DNA from: Candidatus Norongarragalinales archaeon
Lineage (GTDB): Archaea; Micrarchaeota; Micrarchaeia; Norongarragalinales; DASYRB01
Assembly: GCA_036004805.1 (NCBI GenBank)
Contig: DASYRB010000008.1
Span: 3,090-67,089 of the forward strand
DNA length: 64,000 nt
Direction: 5' to 3'
The notes below the pieces were generated by a model. It saw only the letters and a list, made by a program, of their open reading frames with translations. It had not been told where the DNA came from and did no database searches. Below are positions 16,018 to 24,824 of the stretch, piece after piece. The position numbers and the translations under genes were made by a program. Within the stretch, counting starts at the first letter, position 1, and each line of letters begins with the position of its first letter.

Positions 16018-17688
16018 ATGGCGGATAAACAGCGGCGCTTGGAATACGACGAGATTCTCGAGATATTGCTAGAGAAGGGCATCCACGCGCCCGACACTGG
16101 CTGGGTCAAGGAGATAGAGAAAGCGAAGGACCAGCAAGCCGCGTTGAACAAGCTGCTTGATGAAGCGAAGCACTCGAGGCCCGAAGACATCAAGGAAGGC
16201 GCGAGCGACCGCACAGTCAAGCTCGCGGTAGCGCAGTTGTCAATGACGCTCAATCCCGACAAAGCGGTCAAAGAAGTGAAACAACATGGTGGAAAAGTTA
16301 CCGACCAGCCCTTCCCGAAAGGATTCGAACCATTCGACATCCGCGTCGGCATTCAAGAACAAGAAGAAAAACTCACCGCAGAAGAGGAAGAGGAATTATG
16401 GAAGGCGCAGCAAGCGCTCGGCAAGAACGCCGAAGAAAACTTGCTCTCAGCGATTATTGACGCGGCGCGTTTTAAGGAAATTCGTGATCCGTTGTTCGAG
16501 CTCTTGAAAAAAGAGAAACTGCCTACGGAAAAAGAAAAACTTGCAGGCGCCGTCGACAAGCTGAAGGACAAGAGCGAGCTGGCTTTCGACGTTGCGCGCA
16601 TCATTCGCATCGCTGTTGATTGTGATCCGAAGCCTGAGTTTCGCGGACCTCTTGGAAAAGCGATTCTTGCGCATACGGAGTTGACGAACGAAGATGTTGC
16701 AAAGCGCGCTCGCGGCAGCGGTCCTAGCGCGAGAAGCGCGTTCAACGAACTAGTTAGCGACCGCGCTATGGACGTTCACCGCACGTTGATGTCCGATGAG
16801 GATCGCGTCAAGGCCTTGAGTGCTTATCACGCAGAGCAATACCCGCAGTACGCGCTCGATGCGTCTGGTTTTCCTAAAGTTTCTCAAACATCGATCGACA
16901 GCGACTTGAGCAACATGTTGCGCAACGTGCACAAAGCACTCGAGGCTAGACAGAAAGAAATCACTGAAGAAATTACGGGATTGCAGAAGGAAGGCAAGCC
17001 AGTGCCTGAAAAACTGCAGGAGCAGCTTGCGGAAGTCAAGAAAAAATTCGCTTCATTCAGCCAGATGCGCGCCAAGGGGGCCGCCAAGCCTGAACTGCCT
17101 GCAGCGGTTGGCATTGCGGAACAAGCGCAGGGCGGTGGTCATTTGGCGCACGAGAAAGTGCAGCTGGTTCCTTCGCGAGACAAGCTTACTTTGTTTTATG
17201 GTCACGTTAGTGGCGATTGCGTTGGTTCTTGCAGTGCCGAACAGCGACTCAAAGCCATCAACGACCCCGAATTCGTAAACTGGCGTATTTTGCACGAGGG
17301 AAACTGGGCCGGAAACGTCTATACGAAAATGGGCAGGATGGCTGATGGTACGAAGGCGTTGCTTGTTGACGCCGTACAGCCCGAGAGCGGTTATACGTTG
17401 AATCCGAAGGACCTGGCTACTGGAATTTTGAAGGGATTGCGCGACCTTGCTGACCGCACGGGTCACACGTTGTTGTTTTCTGAGAACGCGCACGCTTGGA
17501 GCAATCGCGACACGATGCAGAAAGCGCTGGGAGAACATTTGCGCGGCAAACCCACAACCACGAAAGCAGCGTTCTCTACTCCTGTTGCTTATCAGAGCGT
17601 TGGTCGCGGCTATCTTATTTACCACAAGCCGAAAAGCCCTGAGAAATATGAACCGCCGGAAGAGTGGATGGCGAGGCACAGGAAGTAA
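16018..17688 (+). CDS. Hypothetical protein (556 aa): long charged helical N-terminal part plus a conserved-looking C-terminal domain
   Basis: Clean ORF, ATG preceded by an A-run. About 370 aa of Glu/Lys-rich helical sequence, then a globular C-terminus (LFYGHVSGDCVGSCS...LLVDAVQPESGY...LLFSENAHAWSNRD). No family recognised. Confidence 0.8.
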   Translation: MADKQRRLEYDEILEILLEKGIHAPDTGWVKEIEKAKDQQAALNKLLDEAKHSRPEDIKEGASDRTVKLAVAQLSMTLNPDKAVKEVKQHGGKVTDQPFPKGFEPFDIRVGIQEQEEKLTAEEEEELWKAQQALGKNAEENLLSAIIDAARFKEIRDPLFELLKKEKLPTEKEKLAGAVDKLKDKSELAFDVARIIRIAVDCDPKPEFRGPLGKAILAHTELTNEDVAKRARGSGPSARSAFNELVSDRAMDVHRTLMSDEDRVKALSAYHAEQYPQYALDASGFPKVSQTSIDSDLSNMLRNVHKALEARQKEITEEITGLQKEGKPVPEKLQEQLAEVKKKFASFSQMRAKGAAKPELPAAVGIAEQAQGGGHLAHEKVQLVPSRDKLTLFYGHVSGDCVGSCSAEQRLKAINDPEFVNWRILHEGNWAGNVYTKMGRMADGTKALLVDAVQPESGYTLNPKDLATGILKGLRDLADRTGHTLLFSENAHAWSNRDTMQKALGEHLRGKPTTTKAAFSTPVAYQSVGRGYLIYHKPKSPEKYEPPEEWMARHRK

Positions 17689-17690
17689 GG

Positions 17691-17700
17691 CTTTTTATAT
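17691..17700 (+). promoter_or_regulatory. TATA-like box (CTTTTTATAT) upstream of tuf
   Basis: Sits 3 nt after the stop of the previous gene and about 130 nt upstream of the tuf ATG. Resembles the GGCTTTTATT-type boxes at 47363/47761. A purine-rich GAGGT lies 14 nt before the ATG. Would imply a leadered tuf mRNA. Confidence 0.3.
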
Positions 17701-17831
17701 CGCGAACGGCAAGGATTCTACATCGGTGGACAGGCCTGAAAGTCTTTTCGGGTTCTGGCTGCTTTTTCGGTTAAAAATAAGGAACTATTGGGAGAATTTT
17801 TCTCATCAAACAAGAGGTTGATTCGTAAAAA

Positions 17832-19109
17832 ATGGCTGACAAGAAACCACACTTGAACTTGATCTTCACTGGTCACGTCGACCACGGAAAGTCCACGCTA
17901 GTCGGACGCACCCTCTACGACACCGGTGCGTTGTCGGAACAGGACTTGCGCAAGCTCAAGGAAGAAGCAGCCAAGCTCGGCAAAGCGACTTTCGAGTTCG
18001 CCTTCGCAATGGACCAACTCAAGGAAGAGCGTGAACGCGGAGTCACCATCGACATCTCTCACAAGGACTTCCAAACCCAGAAATACTACTTCACGATCAT
18101 CGACGCGCCAGGACACAAGGACTTCATCAAGAACATGATCATGGGAGCATCGCAAGCCGATGCAGCCGTGCTCGTCGTTTCCGCGAAGGAAGGAATCCAG
18201 GCACAAACCATCGAACACGCCTTCTTGCTCAAGGTTTTGGGAGTTGGTCAGTTCGTCGTCGCCATCAACAAGATGGACGCCGTCAACTATGACCGCCTCA
18301 AATACGAAGAGACGAAACAAGCCGTCATCGCCAAACTCAAGCCCATGGGTTACCAAACGGACAAGATCCCGTTCGTACCCACCTCTGCATACCAGGGCGA
18401 CAACATCAACAAGCGCAGCCCGAACATGTCGTGGTACAGCGGACCAACGCTCGTCGAAAGCTTTGACGCGCTCGTTGAGCCGAAGAAGCCCACGGACAAG
18501 CCACTGCGCCTCCCAATCCAAGAAGTCTTCACGATCACTGGACAGGGAACCGTTCCGGTCGGTCGTGTCGAAGCGGGAATCTTGAGGCCGAACATGCCCG
18601 TCATCGTCGAACCCGAACACCTCACTGGTGAAGTGAAGAGCATCGAGATGCACCACCAGCAACTCTCGGAAGCGATTCCAGGAGACAACGTCGGCTTCGC
18701 TCTCAAAGGCATCGACAAGAAAGCCATCAAGAGAGGCAGCGTTATCGGAGACCCCAAGTCGCCGCCAACCGTTGCTGAAGAGTTCACTGCACAAATCGTC
18801 GTGCTGAACCACCCGACCGCGATCGGCAAGAACTACACGCCAGTGTTCCACTTGCACACCGCGCAACTAGCTTGCACGATTACGGAGATCGTGGAGCAGA
18901 AAGACCCGAAGACCGGACAAACCATGAAGAAGAACCCGGACTTCATCAAGACGGGAGACATCGCCATCATCAAAGTCAAGCCCACCAAGCCTGTAGTCGC
19001 CGAGAAATACGGTGACTTTCCGGGACTGGGACGCTTTGCGATCCGCGACATGGGACAAACCGTCGCCGCGGGAGTCATTCTCGAAGTCGTTGCACGCAAG
19101 AACGTCTAG
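17832..19109 (+). CDS. tuf: Translation elongation factor EF-1 alpha
   Basis: 425 aa. GHVDHGKST, DAPGH, NKMD motifs and full-length archaeal aEF-1alpha organisation. Confidence 0.97.
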   Translation: MADKKPHLNLIFTGHVDHGKSTLVGRTLYDTGALSEQDLRKLKEEAAKLGKATFEFAFAMDQLKEERERGVTIDISHKDFQTQKYYFTIIDAPGHKDFIKNMIMGASQADAAVLVVSAKEGIQAQTIEHAFLLKVLGVGQFVVAINKMDAVNYDRLKYEETKQAVIAKLKPMGYQTDKIPFVPTSAYQGDNINKRSPNMSWYSGPTLVESFDALVEPKKPTDKPLRLPIQEVFTITGQGTVPVGRVEAGILRPNMPVIVEPEHLTGEVKSIEMHHQQLSEAIPGDNVGFALKGIDKKAIKRGSVIGDPKSPPTVAEEFTAQIVVLNHPTAIGKNYTPVFHLHTAQLACTITEIVEQKDPKTGQTMKKNPDFIKTGDIAIIKVKPTKPVVAEKYGDFPGLGRFAIRDMGQTVAAGVILEVVARKNV

Positions 19110-19257
19110 AGAAAGCAACCGACAACTCAAGCTTTCGTCTCTTTACAACTCCTTTTATTTCCCAACTCCCCAAAAAACTAAGGCCAGTCGCCAAACAATC
19201 GGCAGCGAGAGTTGACGATGGCTGAAAAACGGACGATCTCGGAGAACGATTGCAGAA

Positions 19258-19566
19258 ATGGCCAACAAAGCAAGAATCAAGCTCGAAAGCCAGAGTTGCA
19301 ACGACCTCGACGAAGTAGCTCTACAAATCAAAGACATCGCCGGAAAAACCGGCACGGAAATGAAGGGCCCCATACCGCTGCCCACGAAGAAGCTTCAACT
19401 CACTACTCGCAAGACTCCCTGTGGAGACGGAAGCGACACCTACGAAAAATGGGAATTGCGCATCCACAAACGCTTGATTGAAGTGAATGCTGACGATCGC
19501 GTGTTGCGCGAGATCATGCGCATCCGAATCCCGTCGAACGTCCACGTCGAAATGACCCTCGGCTGA
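19258..19566 (+). CDS. rps10: 30S ribosomal protein S10 (uS10)
   Basis: 102 aa: MANKARIKLESQSCNDLDEVALQIKDIAGKTGTEMKGPIPLPTKKL... Conserved tuf-rps10 linkage. Confidence 0.95.
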   Translation: MANKARIKLESQSCNDLDEVALQIKDIAGKTGTEMKGPIPLPTKKLQLTTRKTPCGDGSDTYEKWELRIHKRLIEVNADDRVLREIMRIRIPSNVHVEMTLG

Positions 19567-19704
19567 AAACCTCCACCCGCAAACGCTGCCCCGCTTGATT
19601 GCTGAAAAATTTTTTCTTCAACTCCTAGCCCGCGGCCCTCGCAGGGAGCGTTCGTCCGTCCATTAAAAAACTCGGCGTGATTCACTTTTCTTGGCAACTA
19701 AACC

Positions 19705-20766
19705 ATGAAGGGTTACTTTAGCGACTGGTTCGAAGACAAGCTCGAATACTTGCTTTACGCCGCGATAATCCTGGGAGCGATTTATTTCGCTTCGACGGCT
19801 TTCTCTAACATCCAGCAAGCAGCACAACAAGTACAGCTCCCGACCGCCGTCACGCCCTCGCAGCCGTCCTCGCCGCCAAAGACACTGATACGCGTGGGCT
19901 TCATGCCGCGCAGCAGGGCGGCCGTGTTTTTCGTCGCGAGAGAAAAAGGCTTTTTTGAAGGCGAAGGACTCGACGTTCAAGCAGTGCGTTACGACCTGCC
20001 GTCGCAGAACAAGATGTACACCGCGCTCAACGCCGGCGACCTCGACTTCATATCGCCCGGAAACTTTGTGAACGTGCTTGAAAACGAGTACGATGCACCG
20101 GGAGCGATGAAGATCGACGGACTCGTGGGCGAGTCGAAAGAACACCCCACATCGTTCCTCATCAAGAGAACCGAAGACAGCGACCTGCTCACACCTACCG
20201 ACGTCGAGAACAGCACGATAGGCGTCATGTCACGCTCCGAAATAGTGTTCGCCAAGAAGTATTTCGAAAGCAAAAACATCAACATTTCCAGCCTGACGTT
20301 CATCATCATGCCCGCCGAAGAACTCTCGACATCGCTGTCCTCGCATGAATCGAGACTCGTTTTCACCAGCGAGCCATACGCGACACAACTACTCGCGACG
20401 AAGAACTTCAGCGTGTTCGTCAGCTGCCCGCAATGCGAGTTCAACAACCCATTCACCGACGGACCACTGCTCGTAGTGCGACCCGGCTTCTATCAAAACA
20501 ATCCCAACGCGGTCGACGCGTTCAGACGCGCGATGAACAAAGCACTCATCGAGTCAAGACGCGACCCCGAATACACCAAGCGCCTGATCGCGAAATACAC
20601 GGATGTTCCGGTAGAGTTCACGCTCAAGAGCAATCTTTACTCGTTCTACACGTCGCAAGAAACTTACGCGCTGATCCCGAACGCTCAAAAAACCATCGAC
20701 GTTCTTGAGGAAGACACCGGAAACCACACGAATTTCATGAACCTGCTGCTGCCACGGCCGTCTTGA
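19705..20766 (+). CDS. NMT1/SsuA-like periplasmic-type substrate-binding protein, membrane anchored
   Basis: 353 aa. N-terminal TM helix (LLYAAIILGAIYFASTAF), then IRVGFMPRSRAAVFFVAREKGFFEGEGLDVQAV... typical of the nitrate/sulfonate/thiamine-precursor SBP fold. Confidence 0.72.
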   Translation: MKGYFSDWFEDKLEYLLYAAIILGAIYFASTAFSNIQQAAQQVQLPTAVTPSQPSSPPKTLIRVGFMPRSRAAVFFVAREKGFFEGEGLDVQAVRYDLPSQNKMYTALNAGDLDFISPGNFVNVLENEYDAPGAMKIDGLVGESKEHPTSFLIKRTEDSDLLTPTDVENSTIGVMSRSEIVFAKKYFESKNINISSLTFIIMPAEELSTSLSSHESRLVFTSEPYATQLLATKNFSVFVSCPQCEFNNPFTDGPLLVVRPGFYQNNPNAVDAFRRAMNKALIESRRDPEYTKRLIAKYTDVPVEFTLKSNLYSFYTSQETYALIPNAQKTIDVLEEDTGNHTNFMNLLLPRPS

Positions 20767-20767
20767 A

Positions 20768-23296
20768 ATGAACAAGACACAGAACGATTACTGGACGAAA
20801 ACCGACGAACAATTGTTCAGAGAACTGCGCACCACGACGCACGGACTCACTCACTCCGAAGCCGAAAAACGCCTCTTAGAACACGGAAGAAACCTCGCGT
20901 TCGAACGCAAAAAACGCTCCCGCCTCGACGTTCTCGCCGCACAATTCACCAGCCCACTAATCTGGATCCTAATCGTAGCGGCAGTCATCGCGCTAGCGCT
21001 CGACGACGCGGTCAACGCTGGAATAATCATCACGATAGTCGCGCTCAACACCCTCCTAGCATATTCTCAAGAATACAAAAGCGAGAGAGCCTTGGAAGAA
21101 CTGCAAGAATTCCTCGCGCCAACTTGCCACGTCGTGCGCGGAAACGAAACCATCGAGATCGACGCGAGAAACCTCGTGCCCGGCGATATTGTTTCGCTCA
21201 AGAACGGCGACCTCATACCAGCAGACCTCCGTTTATTCAGTGTTACGAGCTTCTCGACCAACGAATCCACACTCACGGGCGAAAGCATGCCCGTCCCGAA
21301 AAACACGGAAGCGATACGCGCAACGCGACCCATACCGCAAGACCTGTACAACACCGCATTCATGGGAACGAGCGTCGCGAGCGGCAAAGCCCTCGGCATC
21401 GTCGTGGCTACCGGAAAGGATACGGAGTTCGGACGCATCGCGAAACTCGTCGAAAAACCCTACGATTCCGAGTTCAAGCGCAACATCACGCGATTCGGCG
21501 GACTGTTGTTGAAAATCACGGTCTTGCTCACTGTCTTCATTTTCGCGGCCAACGCGCTGCTCGGAAGAGACGTCTTCCAATCCCTCCTGTTCGCGCTTGC
21601 GCTCGCTGTCGGAATAACTCCAGAAGTGCTGCCGACGATAATCACGCTCAACCTCTCACGCGGCGCCGTGCGACTCTCGAAAAAGAAGGTCGTCGTTAGA
21701 AAACTAGACTCGATTGAAGACCTCGGCAACATCGACGTGTTATGCACGGACAAGACCGGAACGCTGACCGAAAACGCCATCATTTTGGAACAATCTCTCG
21801 ACGCGACAGGCAAGCCCACTGAAGAAATCCTGGAGGCAGGATTGCTGTGCAACGCGATCTCTCGAGAAGAAAGCCGCCACCACCAAGTGCAAGGCATTGA
21901 CGAAGCCATCTGGCACCACGCGCGAACGCAAGGCTACAACGACTCTTCACTGCGCGCCTGGAAGAAAATCGTCGAGATTCCTTTCGACTTCGAACGCAGA
22001 CGCTTGAGCGTCGTGGTCGAACGCGCGGCATCGAGAAAAATGATCGTCAAGGGCGCTCCGGAAAACATCCTTCCACTCTGCAACGCCCTCGGAAGAAAGA
22101 AAATCGAAGAACGCGTCGCGGGTTGGGAAAACGAAGGATTGCGCGTGATCGCGATCGCCCAAAAAAGCGTGACCAAGAAAAACAACTATTCGATCGCCGA
22201 CGAAAAAGGATTGGAACTGCTTGGGTTTTTCACGTTCCAAGACCCGCCCAAGAAGGGAATGCGCGCAGCGCTCGACTCCTTCAAGAAACTCAAAGTCGAT
22301 CTCGTCGTGCTCACGGGAGACAGTCCCCGCATCACTCAAGCCGTCTGCCAAGAGGTCGGCCTCGAGATACGCGACCGAATATACACCGGCGAAGAGATCG
22401 AGAGCTACGATGACGACTACCTATCAAGGATTCTTGACCGCGCTAACGTGTTCGCGCGCGTTTCACCGGAACAAAAACTGCGCGTGGTGAACGCGTTCGT
22501 CTCGAAAGGCAAGGTAGTAGGCTTTCTGGGTGACGGCGCGAACGACGCGCCAGCGCTCAAGGCCGCGGACGTCGGAATCAGTGTGAGGGAAGCGGTAGGC
22601 GTGGCGCGCGAGGCTGCCGACATGGTGTTGTTGAACAAGAGCTTGCACGTAATCGCCGACGGCATCGAAGAAGGCAGAGTGACTTTTCAGAACACTACGA
22701 AATACGTCGATTACACGGTCAGCGCGAACTTCGGCAACATCATCTCGATCGCGATATCATCACTCTTCCTGCCCTTCTTCCCGCTCCTTCCCGCACAGGT
22801 GCTCTTGACCAACTTGGTCACGGACGGTCCCACGATTGCGATAAGCAGCGATAACGTGGACAAGGACGCGCTGCGTCGTCCTCGTCACTGGAATTTTGAC
22901 TTCATCGTGCGCTTCATGATATTCTTCGGGCTCGTCTCGACCGTGTTCGACCTCGTAACGATATTTCTCTTGTCGAACGTTTTGAGGGTTGAAGCGGTGC
23001 TTTTCCGCACTGCGTGGTTTCTTGAGAGCGTGCTTTCCGAGATCGTCATTCTTTATTCGCTGCGTACGCGCAAGCCGTTCTACCAAAGCCACCCCAGCAA
23101 CATGCTCGTCATTGCCAGCATCGCCACGGTAGCGCTGACTTTCTTCATACTCACTTACCCACCGATCGCGTCAGCGTTCCAATTCGTACCCATGCCGACA
23201 TGGCTTCTCGCGACCATTCTTGCAATAGTCGGTGTTTACTTCGCTGCGAGCGAGTTGTTGAAACCCGTTTTCTACGCGCGCTATCCGCCCGAGTGA
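20768..23296 (+). CDS. Cation-transporting P-type ATPase (MgtA-like)
   Basis: 842 aa. TGES, phosphorylation motif DKTGTLT, M4 motif PEVLP, hinge GDGANDAPALKAADVG, about 10 TM helices. Starts 1 nt after the SBP stop. Confidence 0.9.
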   Translation: MNKTQNDYWTKTDEQLFRELRTTTHGLTHSEAEKRLLEHGRNLAFERKKRSRLDVLAAQFTSPLIWILIVAAVIALALDDAVNAGIIITIVALNTLLAYSQEYKSERALEELQEFLAPTCHVVRGNETIEIDARNLVPGDIVSLKNGDLIPADLRLFSVTSFSTNESTLTGESMPVPKNTEAIRATRPIPQDLYNTAFMGTSVASGKALGIVVATGKDTEFGRIAKLVEKPYDSEFKRNITRFGGLLLKITVLLTVFIFAANALLGRDVFQSLLFALALAVGITPEVLPTIITLNLSRGAVRLSKKKVVVRKLDSIEDLGNIDVLCTDKTGTLTENAIILEQSLDATGKPTEEILEAGLLCNAISREESRHHQVQGIDEAIWHHARTQGYNDSSLRAWKKIVEIPFDFERRRLSVVVERAASRKMIVKGAPENILPLCNALGRKKIEERVAGWENEGLRVIAIAQKSVTKKNNYSIADEKGLELLGFFTFQDPPKKGMRAALDSFKKLKVDLVVLTGDSPRITQAVCQEVGLEIRDRIYTGEEIESYDDDYLSRILDRANVFARVSPEQKLRVVNAFVSKGKVVGFLGDGANDAPALKAADVGISVREAVGVAREAADMVLLNKSLHVIADGIEEGRVTFQNTTKYVDYTVSANFGNIISIAISSLFLPFFPLLPAQVLLTNLVTDGPTIAISSDNVDKDALRRPRHWNFDFIVRFMIFFGLVSTVFDLVTIFLLSNVLRVEAVLFRTAWFLESVLSEIVILYSLRTRKPFYQSHPSNMLVIASIATVALTFFILTYPPIASAFQFVPMPTWLLATILAIVGVYFAASELLKPVFYARYPPE

Positions 23297-23349
23297 AGCG
23301 CTGTTTATTACTGACGAAACACAAAAACCTATAAGCTATCTAAATGAAA

Positions 23350-23431
23350 GCCGGGGTGGCAGAACGGCAATGCGCTCGTCTTGAAAACGAGTGCCCGTAA
23401 GGGCTCGAGAGTTCGAATCTCTCCCCCGGCG
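23350..23431 (+). tRNA. tRNA-Ser (anticodon TGA)
   Basis: Hand fold. Acceptor GCCGGGG/CCCCGGC, 3-bp D stem GCA/TGC, anticodon stem CTCGT/ACGAG with loop CTTGAAA, long variable arm TGCCCGTAAGGGCTC, T arm GAGAG-TTCGAAT-CTCTC, discriminator G. No encoded CCA. Confidence 0.9.
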
Positions 23432-23445
23432 CTCTCAATCAAAAA

Positions 23446-24312
23446 ATGAAAAGCTTTCTTGACGCGAACAAGTTCTACTCCTATGAACTGGCAAAGGTAG
23501 CCGTGCTTCCAGTTCCGTTCGAAGGCACTGTTTCCTACGGCCACGGCACCGCAAAAGGTCCAGACGCAATCATCGAAGCCAGCAATGCATTGGAATGGTT
23601 CGACGAGGAACTCAAGCAAAACGTTGCCGAAAAAATCGGCGTGCACACGCTTCCAGAACTGAAACCAGCAAAAACCGCGAAGGCGATGGTTGAATCGACC
23701 GAGAAGGCTATCGGAAAGGTCCTGGCTGATGGCAAGTGGCCACTGGTCTTGGGTGGCGAGCACAGCGTTTCGGCTGGCGCGATTTTTGCCGCGAAAAAGA
23801 AGTATCCCGACTTGTCGGTTTTGTGGCTTGATGCTCACTTAGATTTTCGTGACGAGTTCGATGGCGACAAATGGAGCCACGCCTGCCCACTGCGCCGCGT
23901 TTGGGAGAAAGGAGTAAACTTTGTGCACGTCGGAGCGCGCAGCTACAGCGAAGAAGAGTGGAAAACCGTTGAAAAGAACAAGCTGCAAAACCGAATTGTT
24001 TCTGTTGAACAACTGCGAAAAGATCCGAAAGCAATCCAGAAAGCACTCCCTCTTCTATCGAAGCACGTTTACATCAGTGTCGACATCGACGTTCTCGATT
24101 CAAAAGAAATGCCCGCAACCGGCACGCCCGAACCAGGCGGCCTCTCGTGGCACGAATTGCTTTCCGTAATCAAGGTTGTTTGCGAAAAGAAGAACGTAGT
24201 CGGAGCGGACGTGATGGAACTAGCACCCATCAAAGGACAAAGCGCATGGAATTACACTGCGGCAAGGCTTGCGTACAAGTTGCTTACTTGTTCTGCCATT
24301 CTTCGCGGCTGA
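23446..24312 (+). CDS. speB: Agmatinase (arginase/ureohydrolase family)
   Basis: 288 aa. Mn-binding motifs GGEHSVS, LDAHLDFRD, SVDIDVLD. Agmatinase-like size. Confidence 0.88.
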   Translation: MKSFLDANKFYSYELAKVAVLPVPFEGTVSYGHGTAKGPDAIIEASNALEWFDEELKQNVAEKIGVHTLPELKPAKTAKAMVESTEKAIGKVLADGKWPLVLGGEHSVSAGAIFAAKKKYPDLSVLWLDAHLDFRDEFDGDKWSHACPLRRVWEKGVNFVHVGARSYSEEEWKTVEKNKLQNRIVSVEQLRKDPKAIQKALPLLSKHVYISVDIDVLDSKEMPATGTPEPGGLSWHELLSVIKVVCEKKNVVGADVMELAPIKGQSAWNYTAARLAYKLLTCSAILRG

Positions 24313-24502
24313 TTCCTGCTTGTCGCAGTATTTTGACGAGCAGGTCTGTACTGATTTCTGAACTATGCGGGTTTGGGATTGTTAGCACCAGGTCTTTCTT
24401 CACCATGTATGGGTGGCGGCCGCCAGTGATTGGTCCTTCAAAGCCAAGTTCTCTCAGTCTTGCGACTAGCTCTCGCCACTTGACTGGTAATAACCTAGAC
24501 AA
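24284..24502 (-). CDS. hicA: HicA-family mRNA interferase toxin
   Basis: 72 aa: LPVKWRELVARLRELGFEGPITGGRHPYMVKKDLVLTIPNPHSSEISTDLLVKILRQAGISREEW. Canonical HicA (YcfA) pattern. Overlaps the speB 3' end by 29 nt. Confidence 0.85.
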   Translation of the reverse strand: MSRLLPVKWRELVARLRELGFEGPITGGRHPYMVKKDLVLTIPNPHSSEISTDLLVKILRQAGISREEWQNK

Positions 24503-24503
24503 A

Positions 24504-24773
24504 CTAAGCTCTGACTGCCTGGGGGATTGTCAAACGTTTACCGTGGATACTGGGAAGAGGCAATCCACGCTTAACGCGAACCAAAATCCATCCTTCCAGA
24601 ACTTCTCTTAGCCGCTTGCGACAGGCCTCGAGCGATTTGCCAGAAGCCCAAACGCCACGAAGAGCAGGAATCTCTCCGTAATAAGGTTGCGCATCTTTCA
24701 GGCGCTCGAACTTTGCAGAAGCCATCGCGGCCTCGATATATTCCAAAAGCATTGTTGTAACAATAACACGCAC
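24504..24773 (-). CDS. hicB: HicB-family antitoxin (UPF0150-like)
   Basis: 89 aa (or about 82 aa from MLLEYIEAAM). YYGEIPALRGVWASGKSLEACRKRLREVLEGWI matches the HicB N-domain pattern. Ends 1 nt before hicA. Confidence 0.75.
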   Translation of the reverse strand: MRVIVTTMLLEYIEAAMASAKFERLKDAQPYYGEIPALRGVWASGKSLEACRKRLREVLEGWILVRVKRGLPLPSIHGKRLTIPQAVRA

Positions 24774-24824
24774 GATTAATAACAGTTCAGGAAGACGCGC
24801 AGTAACTGAACTCGGATATATTCC

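Noticed and set aside
17898-18866. 322-aa ORF antisense to tuf
   Set aside because: It is entirely inside the EF-1alpha gene on the opposite strand, with no motifs. A typical antisense shadow of a highly biased gene.
19567-19704. 138-bp spacer after rps10 checked for a tRNA or small RNA
   Set aside because: No acceptor or T-arm pairing could be folded, only a trivial CCCT-CGC-AGGG hairpin. Most likely a terminator/promoter spacer.
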